A DNA stretch of 64,000 bases from Prevotella sp. (GCA_031285625.1 JAITVV010000053.1:1-64000); one strand, 5' to 3'. Shown: positions 1-9,793, numbered from the stretch's first letter. A program made the numbers and translations. Notes: a model not told the origin generated them from the letters alone.

Positions 1-404
1 AATGTTAATATTTGTTAGTAAAATACAGAGCTTTATTAGAAGCGCTCACAAATTTTACTTAACTGGTGGTATACTTTTCAATTATTTTAGTGGACTACTT
101 TTCAATTATATTATACAGAACAATGCCGGGATTGGAGCAGATGCTTGTTTTCATTCCTCTGTTGGGGATATTCGCTATTGCTGCACCGGGATTGCCGGGA
201 GGAACCCTCATAACATCACTGGGACTAATTCATGCTGTTTTAGGTATTGATGAAGCAGGAACGGCATTGATGATCAGTATTTTTGCTCTCCTTGATAGTT
301 TCGGTACTACTCATAATATAACCAGTGACGGAGCTCTGACATTGATTCTTAGTTCATATACGGACAGGCATGAAGAGAGTTTAAATATTAAAGAACAGGA
401 ATGA
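1..404 (+). CDS. dicarboxylate/amino acid:cation symporter (DAACS family), C-terminal part, truncated by window start
   Basis: Hydrophobic ORF with APGLPGG and DSFGTTHNITSDG, matching the DAACS C-terminal motifs (aPGvPgG, DxxxTxxNvxgD). Confidence 0.8.
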
Positions 405-484
405 CAATTTCGACTTAGAAAGGACATATTAGACCATTCTAAAACCTGCATTTTTTGATTTATCTAAAATAATTATAAAATAAT

Positions 485-531
485 TTTGTTGTGACCGATT
501 AGTTACATATATTTGTATCCAACTGGTCACA
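485..531 (+). promoter_or_regulatory. Bacteroidetes sigma70-type promoter (-33 TTTG 485-488, -7 TATATTTG 508-515) overlapped by two TetR-type operators (490-507, 514-531)
   Basis: TGTGACCGATTAGTTACA and TGTATCCAACTGGTCACA flank the -7 box. The second has an exact reverse-complement copy at 2871-2888. Confidence 0.75.
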
Positions 532-1137
532 ATGAAATATATGAATATGATAAAGGAAAGAGATAGGCAACAATCCGAAGAAAAATTGATTAACGCTGTA
601 GGCGAATTAATTGAAGAGATAGGTTTTGAAAAACTGGGAATCAATCAGGTTGCTAAAAAAGCAGGATTTTCTAAAAACCTTATTTACAGGTATTTTGAAT
701 CCTTAGATGGACTCATATATGCTTATATGAAAAAACATGATTTTTGGGTAAATGTTTTAGCTGAGCAGGCAGATATGTCTGATATTAAAAGCTATTTAAA
801 AAAACTTTTCCGCAGACAAATAATTGATTTTAGGAGTAATATTGCACTGAAAAGGCTTAGACGCTGGGAATTGTCCACAGATAAGGATTTTGTAGTGGAG
901 CTTCGGGCACAACGTGAGAAAAATGGAGTTCAGTTTATTGAAACAGTTTCCCAATTCGCAAAGATGAATAAAGAAGAGTTGGGAGCCATATCTGCTTTAT
1001 TGAATGCGGGCATTACCTATTTAGCCATGTTTGAGGACAATTGTCAGATGTATAACGGTATTGATATCCGAAGTAATGAAGGATGGGAGCAGATAGCCAA
1101 GGGGATAGATTTACTTATAGACACAATGATAAAATAA
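532..1137 (+). CDS. TetR/AcrR family transcriptional regulator
   Basis: N-terminal HTH: LINAVGELIEEIGFEKLGINQVAKKAGFSKNLIYRYF. Confidence 0.92.
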   Translation: MKYMNMIKERDRQQSEEKLINAVGELIEEIGFEKLGINQVAKKAGFSKNLIYRYFESLDGLIYAYMKKHDFWVNVLAEQADMSDIKSYLKKLFRRQIIDFRSNIALKRLRRWELSTDKDFVVELRAQREKNGVQFIETVSQFAKMNKEELGAISALLNAGITYLAMFEDNCQMYNGIDIRSNEGWEQIAKGIDLLIDTMIK

Positions 1138-1143
1138 GTATAT

Positions 1144-1872
1144 ATGAAGAAAACAGCGTTAAGTACAACATTAGCATTAACAGCATTAAGTTGTAGCGGA
1201 CCAGGTAATGCTCATTCGGATTTTGGCAGTGGAAATATTAGAATATCTATTGAACAAGGTAGCGAATGGTTGCACGACTTCCGGTTATTTTGGTTTATAA
1301 AAAAGAAAAATGCGCCACAAATTGCAATCTGGGCAGAAGATTTTGGAGGAAATTTCCTATTCACAATCTATGTCAGTGAGAAGTTGGCTAAACAATCGTG
1401 GATGGCATCAGGAGGAAATAGACGAAAAGAATCACTCCCTTGTTGGAGCCATGCACAAGGTAAACTATACTCGGATGGGCTCTATCTTCCTACAAAAAAT
1501 GATCCGTTGCCTGATGCCGTGACAGGAGCAACTCCCAAAGGCAGCTTCACTGCAGATATTCAAATCAATGAAGATATCAAACAGTTTGTTGTAAAATGTG
1601 AATTTAATCATTCTGTCGATTTTAATGAATATTATCCAAAAGATGCCAAAGAGGGAGATTCTAATTATTCAGGAGGTAAAATGGGAAGTGGACAACCTGC
1701 TATCGTTTATCAGGTTGTAGTTGATTCAGATACTGGACAGAAAGAGTTTAAAGGAGAACTTATTGGACATAGCAGTCCTGATGGTTCCGATGGCAACATT
1801 TATCCTGATACATCCAAATTAACTACAGCCCTGAACATTGTGAAAACCGTAACAGTATATACCAATCAATAG
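1144..1872 (+). CDS. DUF2271-like lipoprotein, putative FMN-acceptor (flavinylated) protein
   Basis: Lipobox ALSC; PQIAIWAED motif; DAVTGATP flavinylation-like motif; adjacent to ApbE. Confidence 0.75.
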   Translation: MKKTALSTTLALTALSCSGPGNAHSDFGSGNIRISIEQGSEWLHDFRLFWFIKKKNAPQIAIWAEDFGGNFLFTIYVSEKLAKQSWMASGGNRRKESLPCWSHAQGKLYSDGLYLPTKNDPLPDAVTGATPKGSFTADIQINEDIKQFVVKCEFNHSVDFNEYYPKDAKEGDSNYSGGKMGSGQPAIVYQVVVDSDTGQKEFKGELIGHSSPDGSDGNIYPDTSKLTTALNIVKTVTVYTNQ

Positions 1873-1881
1873 AGTTCTGAT

Positions 1882-2853
1882 ATGTTTCCATTCGCATTAT
1901 ATGGTTCTAAAGGATGCAGCAATCCGAGTCAGTATCATTTACTCTCAGGTCAGAAGCATACCTATTACAGGATAACTTATAATTATCCTCATGATTTGAA
2001 TGAAGATATTCTGTCTATTTATGATGTTTTTTACAAATCGTTAAATCCGTTTGATGCACGATCAATCATATCCAGGGTGAATAATAATGAAAAGGCTGTC
2101 CTTGACGATATTTTTATAGAAGCCTTTAATCATTCATTGCAGCTTGCCGAAAAGACAAAAGGAGTGTTTGATCCCACTTGTTCTCCATTAATCAATTTAT
2201 GGGGATTCGGTTTTGAACGATCTAATGAGTATTCTAATGATTTGGTTAATGAAATAAGGGAATATGTTGGTTATAATAAGGTTTCCCTCATTGATAATTC
2301 TATTGTAAAAAAGGATCCTCGTGTGCAACTTAATTTCTCTGCTATTGGAGACGGCTTGTCTTGTGATATCATTGCCCGGTATCTTGATAATAAAGGCGTA
2401 ACCGATTATATGGTAGATATTGGTGGTGAGATTGTAACAAAAGGTAAAAATAAAATGGGGTTAGATTGGTCTGTCGGAATTGTCAAACCACCTAAACGTT
2501 TGGGGCTTGATAAGCCATCTGGATTTGAGGCGATTGTACACTTAACGGGAAAGATTGCTATCGCCACTTCAGGAAATTACAATAACTATCGCATTAGTAA
2601 CGGGACGCAATATGGTCATACGATTAATCCGTTAACAGGCTATCCGGCAGATAATCATATTTTGAGTGCAACTGTTATTGCATCTGATTGTACGACGGCT
2701 GATGCTTATGCTACAGCAATCATGGCTACAGAAGAAAATAAATTGGATGAATTATTACAGACAGACGATACATTAGAATACTATATCATTTACCTGAATA
2801 CACAGGATGATTATAGTATAATACAGTCCAAAGGAATGAAAGAATATGTATGA
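1882..2853 (+). CDS. apbE: FAD:protein FMN transferase (ApbE family), variant
   Basis: Motifs FDPT..PLINLWGFG, DIGGEI, ATSGNY, HTINPLTGYP and ADAYATA. Confidence 0.88.
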   Translation: MFPFALYGSKGCSNPSQYHLLSGQKHTYYRITYNYPHDLNEDILSIYDVFYKSLNPFDARSIISRVNNNEKAVLDDIFIEAFNHSLQLAEKTKGVFDPTCSPLINLWGFGFERSNEYSNDLVNEIREYVGYNKVSLIDNSIVKKDPRVQLNFSAIGDGLSCDIIARYLDNKGVTDYMVDIGGEIVTKGKNKMGLDWSVGIVKPPKRLGLDKPSGFEAIVHLTGKIAIATSGNYNNYRISNGTQYGHTINPLTGYPADNHILSATVIASDCTTADAYATAIMATEENKLDELLQTDDTLEYYIIYLNTQDDYSIIQSKGMKEYV

Positions 2854-2870
2854 TATTTTTTTATATATAA

Positions 2871-2888
2871 TGTGACCAGTTGGATACA
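2871..2888. promoter_or_regulatory. TetR-type operator, internal copy upstream of the second DUF2271 gene
   Basis: TGTGACCAGTTGGATACA is the exact reverse complement of 514-531. Confidence 0.75.
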
Positions 2889-2916
2889 TTTATTAATAAT
2901 ATAAATTAGTTTGAAA

Positions 2917-3642
2917 ATGAAAACAAAAATTTTAGCAGTTGCGGGGATTACAGCAATGGGAATATTTACTTCCTGCGACAAAGATTTAGTGACGTATGAA
3001 CGGGGAGATATAAGAATCTATGTGAAAGAAGGTAGCGAATATACTCATGATTTTGAATTGTTCTGGGGAATTACCAAGCCCAGCTCACCGCAAATGGCAA
3101 TATGGATTGAAGACCTTTTAGGTAATTATATTTCAACAGTTTATGTAACTCACTCCATTGCGACTCAGTCTTGGACGGCTGCTGGCGGTGACAGACGAAA
3201 ATCGGCTTTGCCGGTATGGTGCCATAGTAGAGGAGTACAATATTCTGATGGATTGTATCTGCCGACAAAAGACGAACCGGTTATTGATGGGATTTCAGGA
3301 GCAACACCAAAAGGGAGCTATGATGTAAAAATTCATCCCATGGGAGACCTGAGACAGTTTGTTGTGAAGATAGAAGTGAACCATTCCACTGACTGGAACG
3401 ATGATTATCCTAAGAATGCTAAAGAAGGTGATGCCAATTACTCGGGAGGTAAAGGAGGTAGCGGACAGCCTGCTGTAGTTTATTCGGCAGAAATAGACCT
3501 TGATTCAAGTCAAAAGCAATATATGGCAGGCATTATAGGACATAGCAGTCCGGATGGCAGTAACGGAGAAATATATACAGATTTATCCTCGCTAACATCG
3601 GCCTTGAACATAGTAAAAGAAATCACAATAAACATTCAATGA
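2917..3642 (+). CDS. DUF2271-like lipoprotein paralog
   Basis: Lipobox FTSC; PQMAIWIED; DGISGATP motif; extensive similarity to 1144..1872. ATG 2917 preferred over TTG 2911. Confidence 0.75.
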   Translation: MKTKILAVAGITAMGIFTSCDKDLVTYERGDIRIYVKEGSEYTHDFELFWGITKPSSPQMAIWIEDLLGNYISTVYVTHSIATQSWTAAGGDRRKSALPVWCHSRGVQYSDGLYLPTKDEPVIDGISGATPKGSYDVKIHPMGDLRQFVVKIEVNHSTDWNDDYPKNAKEGDANYSGGKGGSGQPAVVYSAEIDLDSSQKQYMAGIIGHSSPDGSNGEIYTDLSSLTSALNIVKEITINIQ

Positions 3643-3643
3643 T

Positions 3644-4174
3644 ATGAAACGATTAATATTTGTCTTATTATTTATACATGCGATTATTATGGTTAAGGCG
3701 CAGACCACAAACGAGAATAAAATATCTTTCGCTACAACTGTCGGGACTGGTTTAGATCTGAGTAAACCCTCTTCTACACCATTTACATGGCAGGTACTAG
3801 GTTATTATAAGCTATCTGGTAAATGGTCTGTAGGGGTAGGGACGGGGCTGTCCTTTTATGAAAAAATGCTTATTCCTGTATATGGAGACCTGAGATTTCA
3901 AATTGGTAGAAAACGGAAGTTCACACCCTATGCCGAACTTGGTATTGGATACTCTTTTGCAACAGCGGGCAATACGAATGGTGGTTTCTTTATGAATCCT
4001 TCAATCGGACTTCAATATCCATTGAAAGATAAGATGAAATTACAATTGGCAATAGGCTATGAATTACAGAAACTGGAGCGGCTGAAAAGACATACAGATA
4101 ATTACTTCTATAAAGAATTTGCAGAGAAACTCAGCCATAATATGATCTCAGTGAAGTTAGGACTGTGTTTTTAA
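3644..4174 (+). CDS. outer membrane beta-barrel protein (OmpA-like 8-strand/porin family)
   Basis: Signal peptide, alternating amphipathic strands, C-terminal Phe (VKLGLCF). Confidence 0.7.
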   Translation: MKRLIFVLLFIHAIIMVKAQTTNENKISFATTVGTGLDLSKPSSTPFTWQVLGYYKLSGKWSVGVGTGLSFYEKMLIPVYGDLRFQIGRKRKFTPYAELGIGYSFATAGNTNGGFFMNPSIGLQYPLKDKMKLQLAIGYELQKLERLKRHTDNYFYKEFAEKLSHNMISVKLGLCF

Positions 4175-4184
4175 CTATATATGA

Positions 4185-4228
4185 ATAATAACAAAAACGA
4201 TCCGAAGACGGATCGTTTTTGTTATTAT
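4185..4228. terminator. bidirectional intrinsic terminator
   Basis: 20-bp perfect stem ATAATAACAAAAACGATCCG / CGGATCGTTTTTGTTATTAT between convergent genes. Confidence 0.85.
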
Positions 4229-4231
4229 ATC

Positions 4232-5800
4232 TTATTCTATAAGGTAAGAACTGGTCTGTGTGAAAGTACGTCCAAACATATCTGTTGCCCGTACTTCTAT
4301 CTGATGTTTTCCCACAGGGAGTTTCGACGGAATGCCGGCTGTCCATAGATGTGAACTTAGTACAGCATTACTCGGTCTGCGTTCAGGTTTGGCTTTGTCT
4401 GCAAAATCCCACTTGAAGAGTGTTTCGGTATAAGTTGGCATTATCCCTTTTGTATAATTCATCTTTTTCCATTCTCCATTATCAACACGGTATTCTACTT
4501 TATCCTTACTGCGCCCCATGAAGAAATTGGCAACGAGCTGAGCGCTTGTATTTTTGTTTTGGGCCACCACTTTAGGATTGAATATTTCTATCTGATATTC
4601 TTTCGGTTTTCCGGCAGCCTTATAGTCAATGGTATATTTGTTGCCTGATATATTAAGAAATGCATATCCTTTTGGCGTTCCGTCACGCATAGTGGATACA
4701 GGCATTCCATTCTCATTCATCTCTCCCGAATACCAGTCGCCTGATGTAGTGCCCACATTATATTCATGCAATGGTTTACTCCCTTTCCAGCCGTCTTTTT
4801 CATCATGAAAATATTGCATCTGGAAATGTGTATGCGCCGATAGAGTGAGTATATTCGGATAGTCTTTTAATATTTCAAATAGTTTATGCCGGTCACTGGT
4901 TTTAAAAGATTCATCTCCTGTTTCATCAAACAGTGGTATATGCATAGCCAGTACAATGAGTTTATCTTTACTTACCTGATTCAGGTCATTGGCTATAAAA
5001 TCGAGTTGATCAGGACGAAATCCTGCCCAGTAGCTTTTACCATCGCGGGGATCAGGATATAATATATCATCTAATATTATAAAATGAGCCTGTCCATAAT
5101 TGAATGCGAAATTAGCCGGGCCGAAATAAGCTTCAAAATTTTCATCTGACATCTCGTCTGTCGTAGTATCGTAATTCATATCATGATTTCCCATCACATT
5201 ATACCATGGCATTTTCATATTCTTCATTGTTCTGATATATGGTAAATGTAAATCCAGCGTATCGCCGACCAGATCACCTAGGCTTATACCAAAGCTTATA
5301 TTTTTCTCTTGAGATGCTTCTGCTATTATTCCGCGTGATAGATAATCCAGTTCTTTTATATTGTATGGTTGCGGATCACCAAACAAAAATGCCGTAAATT
5401 CATCTTTTTCGTTTGTAGGTATGAGTCCAAAATCAATGGACTCAGGTAATGCTCCTGTTGCGGCTGAACCTTTATATCTAAGGCTCTCCGGAGATCCGTT
5501 CGGTTTATGGATATAATAAAACTTAGGTAAATTATTTTCATCCAGAGGAATACTATAGCCGGATGGTTTGATAACAAAAATAATATTATCGTCTTCTACT
5601 GGTAACTGATAATAGCCTTCATCATCTGTGAGAACAACATCTTTGCCATTTGATACAGCCACGTTTGCCAGGCCTTTTTCTTTCTTATCTATCTTGCTAT
5701 TTTTATTTATATCTTCAAATATCCGTCCTTTGGCTATCGACTGAGCGCATACATTACAGTAAAAAAGGAGGCCGAGAGTAACAAATATTAGTTTTTTCAT
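4232..5800 (-). CDS. secreted calcineurin-like metallophosphoesterase (MetallophosN/Metallophos/MetallophosC)
   Basis: Metal-binding motifs GDPQ, GDLVGD, GNHD and AHTH; VAVSNGKDVVLTD N-domain; signal peptide. Confidence 0.88.
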   Translation of the reverse strand: MKKLIFVTLGLLFYCNVCAQSIAKGRIFEDINKNSKIDKKEKGLANVAVSNGKDVVLTDDEGYYQLPVEDDNIIFVIKPSGYSIPLDENNLPKFYYIHKPNGSPESLRYKGSAATGALPESIDFGLIPTNEKDEFTAFLFGDPQPYNIKELDYLSRGIIAEASQEKNISFGISLGDLVGDTLDLHLPYIRTMKNMKMPWYNVMGNHDMNYDTTTDEMSDENFEAYFGPANFAFNYGQAHFIILDDILYPDPRDGKSYWAGFRPDQLDFIANDLNQVSKDKLIVLAMHIPLFDETGDESFKTSDRHKLFEILKDYPNILTLSAHTHFQMQYFHDEKDGWKGSKPLHEYNVGTTSGDWYSGEMNENGMPVSTMRDGTPKGYAFLNISGNKYTIDYKAAGKPKEYQIEIFNPKVVAQNKNTSAQLVANFFMGRSKDKVEYRVDNGEWKKMNYTKGIMPTYTETLFKWDFADKAKPERRPSNAVLSSHLWTAGIPSKLPVGKHQIEVRATDMFGRTFTQTSSYLIE

Positions 5801-5824
5801 TGTTATTTTCTTTTAGTGTTTTTA

Positions 5825-8800
5825 TTAAAATGCATATCGAAGACCTATCTGTATCTGATAAGGATTGCCATTCAGGCTGGATACCCCTGTATTGCTATTC
5901 ACATTATATACATATTGATTCGCATTGGTATCAAAGCTTTTTATGGTGTATATGTTTTGCTTACCCAGGTTGTGTCCGGCGCCCCAATCCTTGTTCAGTA
6001 AATTGGCTATATTGAATATATCCAAAGAACATTCGAGGCTCTGAGTCTTGTATATTTTGAAGTTTTTAGATACACGGAGGTCAAACACGCCATAAAAGCC
6101 GTTTACACCCCCATTTCGTTCGGCAATTTTACCAAAACTGTCACGGATGTATTTCTTGGTGTTCTCTTCTACATCCGGGTTATCCAGTATCTTTTGGATA
6201 CCTTCACGGAGATACTGTGGTGTGCTTGGGTTGTTCGGGTCATAAACAAAAGCTAGATCATTTGATGAAACAAAGTCACCGTTCATATTACCGTTTACAG
6301 CCAATGAATAACGGGTTCCTCCCATCCCGGAAAAACGCAGGCCGACACTGATTCCCCAAAAAGTAGGTGCAGTACCATATAAGACTACTTTATGCCGGAA
6401 GTGATTATCCGAATAGGTCATCTTATCCAGATTTCGTGGGTCATCCTTTACCATCAGAGACAACGTTGCCGTATTGGCTACATTTCCGTTATATGATGTA
6501 TTGTCTTTAGAGTCGTTCCATGTATAACTGAACGATAGTTCTCCATCTTTGAAATAACGCCAGGTACCATCTACTACAAAAGCATACTGGTTTACCTTTC
6601 CTTCACTGATCAATTCCAAAACCCTTCCTACGCGCTTTGTTTTCCGGCCCTCCATCCAGTCGGCGGCACCGTTTGCAGGATTTATAGTATTTGCCGGAAC
6701 ATATATCCCACGGTTATCTTCTGCGGCTAATGTGAAATAAGGGGCGTCTACCATATTGCGATCTACATACATATAATTGTTACGCGCCCAGTTGGCATAA
6801 AGATTAACGCTGGCTTTCAGGCTGTTGTTGAAAAAATGGGTATAAGAAAGATTTACTTTATATACAACCGGAACTTTTGTTTTATCACTATTTGTGTTTA
6901 TTGTCGATACTTTCTCTATTCCAGCAATATCAAATAAATCTGTGCCCGGCGCACTGGATGGATTTTCCCGGTATTTCACAAAATCCGGACGCGGTACCAA
7001 GTCTCCTGAAATATCTACGGATGCAACCTTTGTTCCGTCAAACAGCATATTGTTTATCATCGAATAATTATTGAGGTCGGAACCGAAGATACCTCCCCCT
7101 ACACGGATAATATCGGTATGTTTCTCTCCTATATCCCATGTGAGTTGTACGCGGGGTTGCAACTGAAAAGTGGATATTACATTATCGGTTTTTAATCCAA
7201 GATCGTCATATACGGTCTGATTAAAGTTTGCTTTATCAAAATAACGCGTATAATCCATGCGTACTCCTGCCAGTACTTCCAGCCCGGGATATAATTTAGT
7301 CTGCATCTGTCCATATAGGGCTGTGTTCAGAATATTCATCCTTACGGTTGGGTCTTCTACAAGGGCTACTTCCCGGGCATAACGGTATGGTGTCAGGTTT
7401 TCAAAATTATCCATTCCTGTGAAATAAAAGCGTCCGTTCATTTCACTTCCATAAAGAGAGCGCAGATTGGTATACATAAGGTCTGCTCCGAATGTATAAT
7501 TGATCTTATCAGTATTATAATATACATTATTAACCAGCTGGAAGACATAATCCTTAAAGTTTTCGGGTGCAAAACGTTGTCCTCCCAACTGTATAGCTGT
7601 ATACATTTTATCACCCGATACCGACTCCGACTCTATATTCTGAACAATGGCCCGGGGGATATTGGCCGTAGGAAGTTCATCGCTTGTAAGTACTTTCTCA
7701 CGTACAAGAAAATGCTGGGCTTTCAGTTCGTTTGTCAGACGTGGGCCTAATACCGAACGTAAGGTTGCCATAAAGCTATTGTTGTATGATTTGCGGGTAA
7801 TGTATGATTCATACAGGTTTATACTTGTATTATCTCCTTCGGAATGATTATCATTATCATTAATAAAATTGTTGCGGATCGTCAGCAGGTTGGTAGCATT
7901 CAGTTGCCAGTCTATACGGGCAAAAATGGCATCTGTGCTTTTGGTTTTGTCAAATGATCCGAATTGCGGATTATTTGATACACCATATTTATTACGGGCA
8001 ATATCCATATATTTATCTAATGTAGATTGAGTTACATTATAGCGTTTCTCGTCTTCCTGGCTTTTTATATCTGCAATGTAGAAGGGCCGTGAATCTGCTT
8101 GATGATCCCATACAATGAAAAAGTGAGCACGGTTCTTTATAATTGGCCCTCCCAATGAAAAACCATATTGATAAGTCGAAAATTCATTGTTTCTCTTGCT
8201 TCCTCTTATATCATAAGGACTGGCAAGCCAGTCGGTACGGCCATAACCGAATACACTGCCTTTAAAGGTATTTGTTCCCGATTTTGTAACGGTGCTTACA
8301 GTTCCTCCACCCATACGTCCGTAAGTAACATCGTACTGATTGGTAACGATCTCAAATTCCCGTACAGCTTCCATCGATATGGAATATGCTCCTGATGTGG
8401 TACCCGAAGCCACTGTACCTTTTGCCGTCATACCATCTATAGTATAATTAGTAGATGATCCTAACTGTCCTGAGATATTGCCCCCCTTACTCAACGGAGA
8501 CAAATCGATAAGTGAAGTGAAATTACGTCCATTAACGGGTAATTTAGCTATATCGTTTGATGTGATCGAAGTTGCCGAACCAATATTGGGTATTGTTTTT
8601 TTTAGTGAGTTAGCTACCACCTCAACGGCTTCTATCTCAACTGCATCTTCTGTCATTTCAAAATCCACCCGTAACATATCCCCCTGATTAAGGGCAAAAC
8701 CTGTTTTTCTCTGATCTCCATATCCGATATATGTGACTGAGACTGTATAAGGTGAACCCAGAGGTAACTGCTTAAAGGTATATTCTCCGTTTTCATTTGT

Positions 8801-8980
8801 CGCAGTATTGGATACAAACCCTGTAGACTCATTTTTTACCTGCACTGTAGCGTCAATTATGGTTTCGCCTTCTTTGTCGGTGATTGTCCCTGTTATCACA
8901 GCTTGTGTCCCCTGAGCAAGAAGTGCTGTACTGAAAAACGATAACAAAAATAATAGTGTCAGAAATTTTATTGTTCGCAT
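5825..8980 (-). CDS. TonB-dependent outer membrane transporter (Oar-like, carboxypeptidase regulatory-like N-domain)
   Basis: ITGTITDKEGETIIDATV N-domain, LPVNGRNF, TKSGTN, C-terminal GLRYAF. Confidence 0.88.
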   Translation of the reverse strand: MRTIKFLTLLFLLSFFSTALLAQGTQAVITGTITDKEGETIIDATVQVKNESTGFVSNTATNENGEYTFKQLPLGSPYTVSVTYIGYGDQRKTGFALNQGDMLRVDFEMTEDAVEIEAVEVVANSLKKTIPNIGSATSITSNDIAKLPVNGRNFTSLIDLSPLSKGGNISGQLGSSTNYTIDGMTAKGTVASGTTSGAYSISMEAVREFEIVTNQYDVTYGRMGGGTVSTVTKSGTNTFKGSVFGYGRTDWLASPYDIRGSKRNNEFSTYQYGFSLGGPIIKNRAHFFIVWDHQADSRPFYIADIKSQEDEKRYNVTQSTLDKYMDIARNKYGVSNNPQFGSFDKTKSTDAIFARIDWQLNATNLLTIRNNFINDNDNHSEGDNTSINLYESYITRKSYNNSFMATLRSVLGPRLTNELKAQHFLVREKVLTSDELPTANIPRAIVQNIESESVSGDKMYTAIQLGGQRFAPENFKDYVFQLVNNVYYNTDKINYTFGADLMYTNLRSLYGSEMNGRFYFTGMDNFENLTPYRYAREVALVEDPTVRMNILNTALYGQMQTKLYPGLEVLAGVRMDYTRYFDKANFNQTVYDDLGLKTDNVISTFQLQPRVQLTWDIGEKHTDIIRVGGGIFGSDLNNYSMINNMLFDGTKVASVDISGDLVPRPDFVKYRENPSSAPGTDLFDIAGIEKVSTINTNSDKTKVPVVYKVNLSYTHFFNNSLKASVNLYANWARNNYMYVDRNMVDAPYFTLAAEDNRGIYVPANTINPANGAADWMEGRKTKRVGRVLELISEGKVNQYAFVVDGTWRYFKDGELSFSYTWNDSKDNTSYNGNVANTATLSLMVKDDPRNLDKMTYSDNHFRHKVVLYGTAPTFWGISVGLRFSGMGGTRYSLAVNGNMNGDFVSSNDLAFVYDPNNPSTPQYLREGIQKILDNPDVEENTKKYIRDSFGKIAERNGGVNGFYGVFDLRVSKNFKIYKTQSLECSLDIFNIANLLNKDWGAGHNLGKQNIYTIKSFDTNANQYVYNVNSNTGVSSLNGNPYQIQIGLRYAF

Positions 8981-9078
8981 TGTATAGATTAGTTTATTTT
9001 TGGCATTATTTATCCTGTTGCATAAACTGTCAGATAATGTCTATGCATAATTAAAGTGAATAAAAGTGATGAATATAA

Positions 9079-9720
9079 CTAAATCTGATCCAGCCTTTTT
9101 ATTACAGATGAAGCTATCTTGGATGAGCTTTTACGGCTGATTTTCCGTATTTTTTCGGGCTTTTCGAGATTTATACTTGTAAAATAATTATTTCCGTGGA
9201 AAATATCATTCTTATCCCTGTCAAATAGGGTGAAACTAACAATATGGAAAATAGTATTCATCGGTTTCTCCTGATATTTCAGATAATGCTGATTCAGTAC
9301 GAGTAGATAATCTGCTTCCATGTTATTTAATAAGGTTTGCAGATCATTGGCAGGAATGGCTGATAAATCCGAATGGCAACTCTCACCTTCACCTTCAACC
9401 TTTATGTTTCGGGTGATGTCTTTACATGTTTGATTATCCTTTAACGAAATAAATCTGTAGCTGTCTTTAGAACCTTCCGATGCAATATTATCAGCTATAA
9501 TATAGTTGAACTCAGAGTCGATGTTTTCAACCGGCATACCTGTTTCTTCAGCAATCCAGTCATCATAAAAATGGTTTGATTTTACATTGTCATCTAATCC
9601 TATTATCAGGATCTTTTTTTCTTCTGCTGTCTTGTCTTTGCCTCCTTTAGCAAAACTTCCATCTGCTAATCCAAAAACCAAAATAATTGCTAAAAAGCGA
9701 AAAAAGAATAAATTTTTCAT
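9079..9720 (-). CDS. secreted hypothetical protein, first gene of the TonB receptor/phosphoesterase operon
   Basis: 213-aa ORF with signal peptide, co-oriented with the downstream genes. Confidence 0.7.
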   Translation of the reverse strand: MKNLFFFRFLAIILVFGLADGSFAKGGKDKTAEEKKILIIGLDDNVKSNHFYDDWIAEETGMPVENIDSEFNYIIADNIASEGSKDSYRFISLKDNQTCKDITRNIKVEGEGESCHSDLSAIPANDLQTLLNNMEADYLLVLNQHYLKYQEKPMNTIFHIVSFTLFDRDKNDIFHGNNYFTSINLEKPEKIRKISRKSSSKIASSVIKRLDQI

Positions 9721-9748
9721 AATTTTATTTTTAATTTATTTTCGGAAG

Positions 9749-9793
9749 CGAAAGTAGAAAACAGATATTACCACTATGTTAAGTAACTATTAA
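9749..9793 (-). promoter_or_regulatory. Pho-box-like direct repeats (11-bp period) plus a -7-like element
   Basis: TATTAC (9766), TGTTAA (9777) and TATTAA (9788) are exactly 11 bp apart. TACTTTCG lies on the minus strand at 9749-9756. Confidence 0.55.
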
